DNA from: a virus
Lineage: Duplodnaviria; Caudoviricetes
Direction: 5' to 3' (one strand)
DNA: 54,833 nt
IMG/VR virus record: IMGVR_UViG_3300020042_001691
Span: 1-54,833 of that record
Shown: one piece after another, positions 46,790 to 54,833 of the stretch
Numbering within the stretch: position 1 is the first letter of the stretch
How the letters are laid out: the number at the start of each line of letters is the position of its first letter
Program-made: the position numbers and the translations under genes
Notes under the pieces: generated by a model
The model's input: the letters and a program-made list of their open reading frames with translations, nothing else
Databases searched by the model: none
Told to the model about the DNA's origin: nothing

Positions 46790-47701
46790 TCAGGTCGATC
46801 CGGGCGAACCGAACATACCCAACGGATCAGACCAGCCGAAGCTGTAACGCTCGCGGGCCTTGTAACGGACGTTGCCCGTATCGAAGTCACCGTCCATCGA
46901 GTTCGTCAAAGGCATACGCTCGAAGTGCTTCATGCCGTTAGGAACGTCAGTGGTCAAATACCAGCCGTTCGAGTCGGTCAAGAAGTTGTTAACAGCGTAA
47001 CCTTCTGGGATCGAACCGTTGTTCTTGATGGCGTTGACATCGTTGTCAGTCGTACCAACACGGAGGCTGGTTTCCAACAGACGGGTAGCAACGAACATCA
47101 GAGCAGGCGGAATGATCAGCTTGCGGGGCTTGGCGGCAATCAGCAGACCACGCTCATCGGTCCATGCAGCGATTTGAATCACAGCATTTTCCAGCGAGGT
47201 CTCGTTCAGGTCAGCGTTGGTCGAAGGACGGTTGCTGTTGGTAGCGCCGTTCACCAGTGGGTGAGCAGTACTGAACAGAGCAACACCGTCACCACCCAAG
47301 TATGCGTTGCTGAAACCGTTGTTCAGAACAGAAGCAGCCTTGACTTGCTTGGTGTATGCCATAGCGCGAGCAAGAGCCTTGGTATAACGAGCCGAGAGGC
47401 TGTCATACAGGTTATCTTCCACAGCTTCTTCCGTGATGGAGAAGCCCAGAGCGATGGTTTCGTGGTTGTAACGAGCGGTGAAAGCTTCCTGTCCATTGTC
47501 ATAAGCAATGGCAGAGCCTTCATTTTTCACCGGAGCGGCAGAGAAACCGGACAGCTTGGTTTCTTCTTCAAAGGAACGCTCGGATTTTTCAACCGTATAC
47601 AGTTCCTTGTGTTGTTCGCCGTAGCGGGCATACTCCAAACCAAACAGCGCGTTCAGGCCGGGGAGGAGTTCTTTGAGTAGCTGGGCACGAGAAATAGCCA
47701 T
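46790..47701 (-). CDS. Major capsid protein
   Basis: MAISRAQLLKELLPGLNALFG; KNEG..I.YD; PRKLIIPPAL; RERYSFGWSD; strong codon bias, AAGGAG RBS, followed by a terminator. Confidence 0.88.
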   Translation of the reverse strand: MAISRAQLLKELLPGLNALFGLEYARYGEQHKELYTVEKSERSFEEETKLSGFSAAPVKNEGSAIAYDNGQEAFTARYNHETIALGFSITEEAVEDNLYDSLSARYTKALARAMAYTKQVKAASVLNNGFSNAYLGGDGVALFSTAHPLVNGATNSNRPSTNADLNETSLENAVIQIAAWTDERGLLIAAKPRKLIIPPALMFVATRLLETSLRVGTTDNDVNAIKNNGSIPEGYAVNNFLTDSNGWYLTTDVPNGMKHFERMPLTNSMDGDFDTGNVRYKARERYSFGWSDPLGMFGSPGST

Positions 47702-47714
47702 TTTAGATTACTCC

Positions 47715-48578
47715 TTAGACGGCGGTGGAACTGTAATAACCATGCACAAGCAGGTTCACCTTGACCAGAATTTCTGGATACACGGTGTACACAATGGTTG
47801 CGCCACTTGGGATATTGGCGTTAGCGCCAAGGATCACAGGCTGCTGGTTGAGGGTTTGCGTTGCTGCGCCCGCTGCGGCGGCGGAGGTCAGGAACATGCC
47901 CGTCTCGATGATTTGGCCGTTGGCTGCGACGTATGACACGTTGGTACCAATCGGCAGAGCGGCGGGTGCAACTGCGTTAACCGTAGTGGTGCTGGAAGCC
48001 GCAGTAGCGACAGCGCTGTACGAGTAAGCAGTATCAGAGACAAGACCAACACAACGCAATGGCAGGATGGTCGTCACTGGGGTAGCCACAGGAGCCAACA
48101 CAGCGTTCGCTGAATTGCCCGAGGTAGCGTTGCCCGTGTTGTCGATCATCGACAGGTTTGCGCCGACCATGCCCCTAGCGCCCGAAGCGAGAACCGTAGT
48201 AGCAGAGCAAACAGCAGCCTTGAAGACCGTGTCTGGATCGTCGCAAACGATAGCAACAGCGTCACCAGCCAGCGTCGATGCAGGCCAGAATTGGCTAAAC
48301 GTCTTCTGCTTGGTGACTGGGTTGGTGAACGAGCAACCAAGGAACACGCCAGTAACTTGGTTACTAGCCGTACCAGTGGTAATAGCTACTCGCTGGATAA
48401 ACCCGCCCGGAGCTGATGCGGAAGCATATGCGGTCAGTTTAACGAAGTCACCGTAGAAGATGTTCGTGTTGTAGCCGTATTGAATAGGCAATTCGCGGGT
48501 GGAGCCCGCGAATACCTGCCCACCGATCAAATTTTGCGGAAGTAGCCCGTAGGGGGCCGCAATAACTGGATAAGCCAT
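47715..48578 (-). CDS. Capsid-associated (decoration-like) protein
   Basis: APYGL.P...NIFYGD.V...GVFLGCSFT...DDPD; between scaffold and capsid genes. Confidence 0.65.
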   Translation of the reverse strand: MAYPVIAAPYGLLPQNLIGGQVFAGSTRELPIQYGYNTNIFYGDFVKLTAYASASAPGGFIQRVAITTGTASNQVTGVFLGCSFTNPVTKQKTFSQFWPASTLAGDAVAIVCDDPDTVFKAAVCSATTVLASGARGMVGANLSMIDNTGNATSGNSANAVLAPVATPVTTILPLRCVGLVSDTAYSYSAVATAASSTTTVNAVAPAALPIGTNVSYVAANGQIIETGMFLTSAAAAGAATQTLNQQPVILGANANIPSGATIVYTVYPEILVKVNLLVHGYYSSTAV

Positions 48579-48588
48579 TTAAGACTCC

Positions 48589-49038
48589 TTATTTAGTACC
48601 TGAACCAAACCCCGCGCCGCGAGTCACTGCTGACTTGCGCTCCGCAAACAGCGGCATACGGGGGTCATTTTGTCGAAGGAAATTGTTATCTACAGATTCA
48701 GCCTGCTGCTTATTGACATTGTCGTAATACTCTGTCATTGCAGCGAGCTTCTCTTCGGGCATCCTGCACAGCAATAGCCCACCAATCTCGACGTTGCCAG
48801 AAACATTACCTTGGATCATCAACTCAGGATGGTCCACAGCTTTGACTGGCTCCCAGCCATCACGCATCTTGCGCGAGACGTTGGTCGGATCGGATTGACC
48901 CAAAATATGAGTCGCAATATAGCGAAACGCAACGCCCGCTTGCGGGGTTGGATCGGGGAGAGCACTCGAAGGCTTATAGACGTAACGAGTGGTTTTTTCA
49001 CGGGTTTCAAGTTCACGGGGGGTGCGGGTTTCAGCCAT
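48589..49038 (-). CDS. Conserved head-module protein
   Basis: LPDP...FRYI...GWEPVKA...IGGLLLC. Confidence 0.7.
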   Translation of the reverse strand: MAETRTPRELETREKTTRYVYKPSSALPDPTPQAGVAFRYIATHILGQSDPTNVSRKMRDGWEPVKAVDHPELMIQGNVSGNVEIGGLLLCRMPEEKLAAMTEYYDNVNKQQAESVDNNFLRQNDPRMPLFAERKSAVTRGAGFGSGTK

Positions 49039-49951
49039 TTTGATTCTCCAATTTAGCGACTTCGATAGCGTACTGTTGAGGGGTCAGACCGTATTTCTTT
49101 GCTAACGCAAGTTGCGTAGTAGTAAGAGTCACTTTCTTTGGACCCGACGAACGTGTTGCAGATGCGACTACCGATGCTGGCTTGGAAGACTTTACCTTTC
49201 CGAACACCTCAGGGAAAGTCGAGTGCAACCTCGAATCAATCTTGCTGAAATACTCATCACTGGTTGGGTCCACGCCCGTGTTCACTAGTTTTTGATGCAG
49301 CCCTAGTGAGAAGCTGGTTAGTTCTTCGTACCCCGGACTTCCAAACCACTGGTTTTTGTGCAGCCAGCGCTGAGTCTTTTGGTCTGGTTGAGTCGGTTGG
49401 GGTACAGACTGACGAGGTTGTACCTCAGTTTCGTCTATCTGTAAAGCGGCTGGATTGAATTTCTTCGCTTCTTCCAGTTTCCACTTAGCGTCAGTGAGGG
49501 CTTCTTGGGCTGCGATGATGCCGTCAGTGTCGAAAGCTTCTTGTGCTTCCTTGTACTGTTTGCGGGCCATTACCAACTCAGCTTCTGCCGCCGACTTGAT
49601 AGTCGAGACATAGTGCTGCGTGCCGTCATTCACATACCGCTTGAGATTCTTGTTCTCGTCGATGAGATGCTGTGCGAGTTTCTCAAGCTCTTCACGCTCA
49701 CGTTGAACAGACTCTTTGGCCCGACGCTCATCGTGGCGGGCATGGGTCAACTCCTTGATACGGCTCTTGACCTTATCAGAGTAGTTTTCAATTTCTTCAT
49801 CCGTAGGATCTTCAACATCCCGATCAAGTGGCTTGCGGCCACGATCTTGTTCAGGCGTGTCGTCAACGATCTCAATTTCTACCTCTGACGAGTCGCTGTT
49901 GATAACAACTTCGTTGTCGTCCTGCTCATCAGGAAACTTGTATGGCTCCAT
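49031..49951 (-). CDS. Probable scaffolding protein
   Basis: Acidic N-terminus, long coiled coil, W...NQWFG, C-terminal ALAKKYGLTPQQYA. Confidence 0.7.
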   Translation of the reverse strand: MEPYKFPDEQDDNEVVINSDSSEVEIEIVDDTPEQDRGRKPLDRDVEDPTDEEIENYSDKVKSRIKELTHARHDERRAKESVQREREELEKLAQHLIDENKNLKRYVNDGTQHYVSTIKSAAEAELVMARKQYKEAQEAFDTDGIIAAQEALTDAKWKLEEAKKFNPAALQIDETEVQPRQSVPQPTQPDQKTQRWLHKNQWFGSPGYEELTSFSLGLHQKLVNTGVDPTSDEYFSKIDSRLHSTFPEVFGKVKSSKPASVVASATRSSGPKKVTLTTTQLALAKKYGLTPQQYAIEVAKLENQNG

Positions 49952-49960
49952 ACTTACTCC

Positions 49961-50395
49961 TTAAGCGCGGCTGATGCCACGGGGGTCTTCCACGATACCT
50001 TCCACCTGATCGTCATTGATCATGCGGAATTCCTTGCCGAATACCTTGAATCGCGTACCTGAATAGGCGCGGACAAGCACGAAGTCACCTTGCTTACACC
50101 AAGGCGTCTCACCGAACTTATCTTTGTCTTGGTAGGCTTGCGGACCCATCTTTGCGACAAACAGTACTGTGGTGGCGTGTTCCTCTTGCCGCAGCGATGC
50201 GGTAGCCTTGATCAAGTCGAGGTCAGTGCCCTCAAGTTTGTCAGAGACATCGGGGACCATGCACAGGATGCGCCAACCAGTAGGTTCTGGGAGCGACTTA
50301 CCCCTCTCTTCGATAGGAATGTGCTCTTCTGGAGTTTCAAGCGGTCTGATTTTAGGCGGCAAGACGAGGCCGGGAGGCAGAATGAGATCACTCAT
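49961..50395 (-). CDS. groES: GroES/Cpn10-like co-chaperonin
   Basis: PTGWRIL...V.KMGP.AY...GDFVL...YSGT.F...EFRMINDDQV.GIV. Confidence 0.8.
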   Translation of the reverse strand: MSDLILPPGLVLPPKIRPLETPEEHIPIEERGKSLPEPTGWRILCMVPDVSDKLEGTDLDLIKATASLRQEEHATTVLFVAKMGPQAYQDKDKFGETPWCKQGDFVLVRAYSGTRFKVFGKEFRMINDDQVEGIVEDPRGISRA

Positions 50396-50582
50396 CGGAT
50401 TCTTCAACTTTCTTAGCAAGGGCTAGTAGGTAAGACTCTGCAAGGGCTAGCCCTTGAATCACCCCGCAGAGTTTTTGGTACTCATCAAACGACTTGCAAA
50501 TACCCGTTGCGATGTCGTCCGTATAGTTGTTCATGTCCGTGCGTATTTGGTCGCGCAATACACGTGCGAAGTCGTGGATCAT
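50388..50582 (-). CDS. Small conserved head-module protein
   Basis: EYQKLCGVIQGL; overlaps both neighbours. Confidence 0.72.
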   Translation of the reverse strand: MIHDFARVLRDQIRTDMNNYTDDIATGICKSFDEYQKLCGVIQGLALAESYLLALAKKVEESDE

Positions 50583-53146
50583 GATTTACCTTGTGGTTTG
50601 TTTTGCTGTGCCCGAGCCTGCGCAGCGGCCTGCGCCTTACTCTTAGCAATGTCGATACCCATGCGTACACCGTCACGCTCTTGGTCTGCCGCCAGACGCG
50701 ACTGGTCTTGGCTGCTCTTCATCTGGGCTTGCATAGCGCCAAGCTGGATGGTCCCCTCGGCTTGCATCTTCTTGATCTCGATCTCATCGGCTCTGGCCGA
50801 AGCATCAACTTGCATCTTCTTCTCAGCCAGTTGAGCCTGCATCATCTTGATCTGCATTTCTTGCTGCGAGATCTGCATCTTCATTTGAGCTTCTTGCTGC
50901 TTGATCTGCACTTCTTGCTGGCGGATCTGAAGTTCTTGCTGCTGCATCTGCACAATCGGATCTTGTTGTGCCTGTTGAGCTTGCTCCTGTGCTTGCTCTT
51001 GCTTGTGCTGCTGGAGCACTTGCTGTGCAGCTTGTGCCATCGCACCCGACAACATATTCTGCATTTCTGCTGGAATCTTCGGTCCGTTCTCGTCGCCTGA
51101 TTCTTCCGGTGGCAGCGGCATACCCATTTGCTGCTCGATCTGCATCCGATACGCATATGCAGCGTGTTCAGCGATGTGGGCCATACCTGCGGCCATCATC
51201 TCCTGCGCCTTGGGGTTCTGCCCCACGACAGCCATGATCTTTGGATCTTGGGTCATCGACATATGCACCTGAATGTGCGACTCATGGTCTTGGAAGATGA
51301 ACGCCTTGAGCGGCTTGCTCTTCAGGATGTCCATGTTCTCGGTGACTGGATCCTTTGGCTTCATGTCGTCAGGCAGGGGGACGAGCTTTTCAGCGTTCTT
51401 GATCCCCAAGACATCCAACATGGCACGGTGCAGTTGTGGGAGGTCGTAAATCTCCGGGGCCATCTGCGCCATCTGGATGACGGCTTGGTACTGCACCACA
51501 CGCTGACTCATGGTTGCAGCGTTAGGATCACTGACCGGGATGATATCTACGTGGGAATAGTCATCCTTCTTGGCGTTTACCTTGTCGTTCCCCGGCTCAT
51601 AGTCGTAATCATCGTCGGTATAATCCCGAATGATTGCGGCCAAAAGTTGTAACTCTTGTTTGAACGCATAGTGAACCCGCGCCTGAACTGCCGTCATTAC
51701 CTTGAGTTGGCGCTCAAGAATAGCCAGCGTGGAGCCAACTGGAGAGTTAGCCGACATATCACTGACCTGCATATCAGCAGTTGCAGCGAAGCGGCGTCCC
51801 TCTTCAACAATCTTGTCCAGCAGCCCTGCGAGAACTTGGCTTGGTTCCTTATACGGCAACGGCAGGATGTTATCGCGCAAAGCACCAGAGCCGATGTCTA
51901 CGTCGCGGAACTCTCCGGGTGCGATGGGGGTGTCGTCTCCCTTGATTCGCAGACCTCGGGATTTGAGTCCTCCGGGGAGGTTGGACAGTGTGCCTGCGTC
52001 AACCAACTGTCGCATAAGGCTAGTAGCTGACTTCGCATATCCTCCGATGAGATGGAATAGGCCAAAGCCATACGCGCCAAAACCGGGGATGTACTGATAA
52101 TGTACGAAGTGCTGACGCTTGAGCTTGAGGTCGTCGTCCTCTTTCCAGTTCCGCCTAATAGCAAGGACTTCATTGGACCCCTTGATTAAAGTGACTACAT
52201 AAGGAAGGTGGATGCCAGTCTCCTTACCCTTCTCATCCTTATCCTCGAAACCTTTCAGATCAAGATCTACATGGCACTCATAGATAGTCAGGCGGTCATC
52301 ATTGATGTCACTAAAGCCTGTTTCCTTGTCCTTTGCTTTCTGAATGTCGTCAGACGCCTTCAGCGGATCAGGGAGATCAATATCGCGGTAGAAGCCCGCT
52401 TGTTGCAGCTTCACGACCTCATTCTCCGTCTTACGCATCACGTGCGTCAGCCGATAGCAAGTGTCAAGGTTAGACGTTCCGTACGGCAGGAGGATGTCTT
52501 CTGCTGGAATAAAGATCGAAACCTGCCTACCGAGCGATGGGTCGTAGTACACTTTCTTGAATGCAGAACCCGTGGCCGGGAGGCTCCATAGCATCCGCTC
52601 GTGTTCTGGCCTGAACTCCCGCATGACTTCGGTGAGTTCATAGTTCATGTCGTCTTCGACGCGAACAGCGGCTTCTTTCTTCTCTGGCGTCTCTCGACCC
52701 AGAATCTTTGTACGCACTGGCCCCGCAGCGGGGAACGTCTCGGTGATGGTCTCTGACTGGAACCGGATCACCGCCTCAGTAATCATGGGGTGGAACACGC
52801 CACAAGCACCGTTCCAAGGCTCAGTACGTTCCTCGTATTGCAAACCTAGCAGTTTTAGACCCTCGGTGTAGGCTTTTTCCCAGTCCTTGCGTGATGCCTT
52901 GTCGTTATCTATGTCTCCCGCAAGGTCTCCAGCCATCGACTGAAGGTACTTTTCATCAACTTCATCGGCCAGATTGACGTTGAAATCGTCCTCTTCCTCA
53001 CCTTTTTCGATGGAAAGCTCCATGTCCCCGGTGCGGATGTTCACCGCTTCAGGGTCGATGATCTCAATTTCGATGGGCTCCTCGCTCATGCCCATAGCTT
53101 CCAGCCCCATTGGAGCCTGATACAGCCCCTTGTCAATGTTTGCCAT
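50579..53146 (-). CDS. Portal protein (P22-like, long Gln-rich C-terminal barrel)
   Basis: SRKDWE, GSAFKKVYYD, FGAYGFGL, LVDAGTLSNLPGG, PGEFRDV; Gln-rich coiled coil; follows terminase. Confidence 0.88.
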   Translation of the reverse strand: MANIDKGLYQAPMGLEAMGMSEEPIEIEIIDPEAVNIRTGDMELSIEKGEEEDDFNVNLADEVDEKYLQSMAGDLAGDIDNDKASRKDWEKAYTEGLKLLGLQYEERTEPWNGACGVFHPMITEAVIRFQSETITETFPAAGPVRTKILGRETPEKKEAAVRVEDDMNYELTEVMREFRPEHERMLWSLPATGSAFKKVYYDPSLGRQVSIFIPAEDILLPYGTSNLDTCYRLTHVMRKTENEVVKLQQAGFYRDIDLPDPLKASDDIQKAKDKETGFSDINDDRLTIYECHVDLDLKGFEDKDEKGKETGIHLPYVVTLIKGSNEVLAIRRNWKEDDDLKLKRQHFVHYQYIPGFGAYGFGLFHLIGGYAKSATSLMRQLVDAGTLSNLPGGLKSRGLRIKGDDTPIAPGEFRDVDIGSGALRDNILPLPYKEPSQVLAGLLDKIVEEGRRFAATADMQVSDMSANSPVGSTLAILERQLKVMTAVQARVHYAFKQELQLLAAIIRDYTDDDYDYEPGNDKVNAKKDDYSHVDIIPVSDPNAATMSQRVVQYQAVIQMAQMAPEIYDLPQLHRAMLDVLGIKNAEKLVPLPDDMKPKDPVTENMDILKSKPLKAFIFQDHESHIQVHMSMTQDPKIMAVVGQNPKAQEMMAAGMAHIAEHAAYAYRMQIEQQMGMPLPPEESGDENGPKIPAEMQNMLSGAMAQAAQQVLQQHKQEQAQEQAQQAQQDPIVQMQQQELQIRQQEVQIKQQEAQMKMQISQQEMQIKMMQAQLAEKKMQVDASARADEIEIKKMQAEGTIQLGAMQAQMKSSQDQSRLAADQERDGVRMGIDIAKSKAQAAAQARAQQNKPQGKS

Positions 53147-53147
53147 A

Positions 53148-53414
53148 TCAGTATTTCTTTCTCAATGTTGCGGTGTTTGTGCTGGGGTTGTACTTGAACG
53201 CAGTGGGCTTCTTGCCTGTGCGCGTACTCGCTCTATCCAGAGCGCGTTCTTCAGCAGTCATTGAATCGCGCTTCTTGCCAGCGACTGTCAAGTTACCCTT
53301 GTCATCTACGTGTCCACGTTTTTTCAGAACTTCAAGGGCGGTTTCCCGTGAGCCGATCTGCGCCGACAGGCGGTCAATCAACTGGTTCTTGCCCATAAAC
53401 TTCTGTGTAGTCAT
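53148..53414 (-). CDS. Small basic hypothetical protein
   Basis: Fills the terminase-portal gap. Confidence 0.7.
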   Translation of the reverse strand: MTTQKFMGKNQLIDRLSAQIGSRETALEVLKKRGHVDDKGNLTVAGKKRDSMTAEERALDRASTRTGKKPTAFKYNPSTNTATLRKKY

Positions 53415-53422
53415 GTTTATGC

Positions 53423-54816
53423 TCAGTAGTATGCAGCGTGACGGCGACTCTTGAATAACTGTATTTCTTCAGGCTCGTCTGTGGGCAGTCGCAAGAACCC
53501 CCCTTGCCTAAACCTCAGCAAGGCTTGGGTGGTGGAGTCCACCAAGTCATCGTTCTCTCCGCTTGGAAAGTCATTGCACTCTTCAATGAGTTCTCTGGCC
53601 CACCGCCTGTCAGGAGCCCAGACTATACCTGAGGAAAGTAAATCAGAGACAGCGTTAACGCGAGAAATTTTGTCTTGCCCTTTGCCCGGAGTGAACTCCC
53701 CCACAGGCACACCCATGCGTCGAAGCTCCTGATAGAGCGCCGCACCGTTGGACTTCTTCTCCACGATGAACGCATCAGGCTCCCACTCTTTGTACTCTTC
53801 TAGTACTAACTTCTTAAGTTCAGGAAACTCTAGGCGTTTCTTGATGACGTTCAGCAATATAATGTTATGGTTCTTGGCCTCTTCGTTGTAGAAGATACCC
53901 CATGTGGTGAGGGCATTATAGTCAGCACGAGTATTAGCCTCCTGCGCTGCGTCAAGAGACATAATAATAAACTCACACTGGGGTGGGTCGTCCTTGTCCC
54001 ATATCTGCCACCACTCCCTTTTTAGGAGCGCCCCCTCCTCAGATACTGGGTTTTGCATGTATTGGGCTTGCCAATACCGTGGGTCCATCGCCGCTTTTTT
54101 GGATAAAAGCTCTTCCAAAGGCCAGAAATCAGGCCAAAGTGGTTTGTCGTTCAAGATGGCAGGGAATTCAACGACTTCCCAAGGCTCTACACCGTCCTCG
54201 TTGACCATCTGCTTGACGAGTTGGCCTGTTAAGTCCAACTTACTCCACCTTGTCATCACGACAATGATGGCTCCTCCCGGCATCAGACGCTGCAATGGGC
54301 CTGACTGAAACCACTCCCACGCAGGGAGAAACACATCTGCTCTGCCCTGTTTGGCATCTTGCTCAGAGTGCGGGTCATCAATAATGAACAGATCTGCGCC
54401 TCGACCAGCCAGTGCGCCACCCACACCAATGGCAAAGTACTCGCCATTGAAGTTTGTACCCCACCGGGAGGCTGATTTCGAGTCAGCTTGAAGCGTAACT
54501 TGCGGAAAAATAGCCTTATACGGGTCAGAACCGACCAAATTTCGCACTCTACGACCAAAATTGACAGCCAAATCCGCAGTGTGGGAGGCCATGATGACCT
54601 TTTTGTGCGGATATTTGCCCAAAAACCATGCGGGAGCAAGGTAAGAGATCAATTCTGACTTACCGTGTCGTGGGGCGATGTTGACAATCACCCTTTTCTT
54701 CTTGCCAGCAGCAATATCTTCAAAGATTCTGGCAAGTTTGCGGTGGTGAGGGCCAACTTTGTAGTCAGGGTACACATTGGCAATAAAATCCAAGAAGGAT
54801 TCCTTGCTCCGCGCAC
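53423..54816 (-). CDS. terL: Terminase large subunit (5' end missing)
   Basis: Walker A APRHGKS, GRGADLFIIDDP Walker B, MTRW coupling motif, nuclease SLD...EKKSNG...DDLVDS. Confidence 0.95.
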
Positions 54817-54833
54817 ACATTGAGAAAGAAATA

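Noticed and set aside
1-54833. tRNA genes, integrase, phage RNA polymerase, terminal repeats
   Set aside because: None recognisable by eye; intergenic gaps are short and accounted for; the genome is incomplete at both ends, so absence from the phage is not established

Overview
This is most of a ~55 kb tailed-phage genome with podovirus-like (P22-type portal/adaptor/nozzle/ejection-protein) architecture. It has two convergent arms that meet at overlapping stop codons at 18158-18161. The + arm (1-18161) starts from a perfect sigma70 promoter (TTGACA-17-TATAAT). It carries small early genes, a MoxR-like AAA ATPase plus HEXXH-peptidase/VWA module, a VRR-NUC nuclease, a family A DNA polymerase (Leu762 type), a Cas4-like exonuclease, an HNH-like protein, an SNF2-like helicase, a probable SSB and a primase-DUF927 protein. 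The - arm (54833-18158) carries terminase (5'-truncated), portal, a GroES-like co-chaperonin, scaffold, major capsid, decoration proteins, a cluster of small basic proteins, adaptors, tail fibres, a GH108 lysis cassette, nozzle and large internal virion proteins. I saw no RNA polymerase, integrase, tRNA or CRISPR array. The most notable unexplained signals are: (i) a ~150 nt multiply pseudoknotted candidate ncRNA directly upstream of the HNH-like gene; (ii) a double-pseudoknot leader that sequesters the RBS of the gene after the capsid gene; (iii) a recurring [MYFLK]-[AKS]-x-G-G motif shared by small basic proteins and ejection proteins, a candidate processing or capsid-targeting signal; (iv) two internal virion genes each broken by a single event (a C7-run -1 frameshift and an in-frame TAA), which may be recoding, phase variation or assembly error. 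All family assignments come from motif recognition by eye, not database searches.
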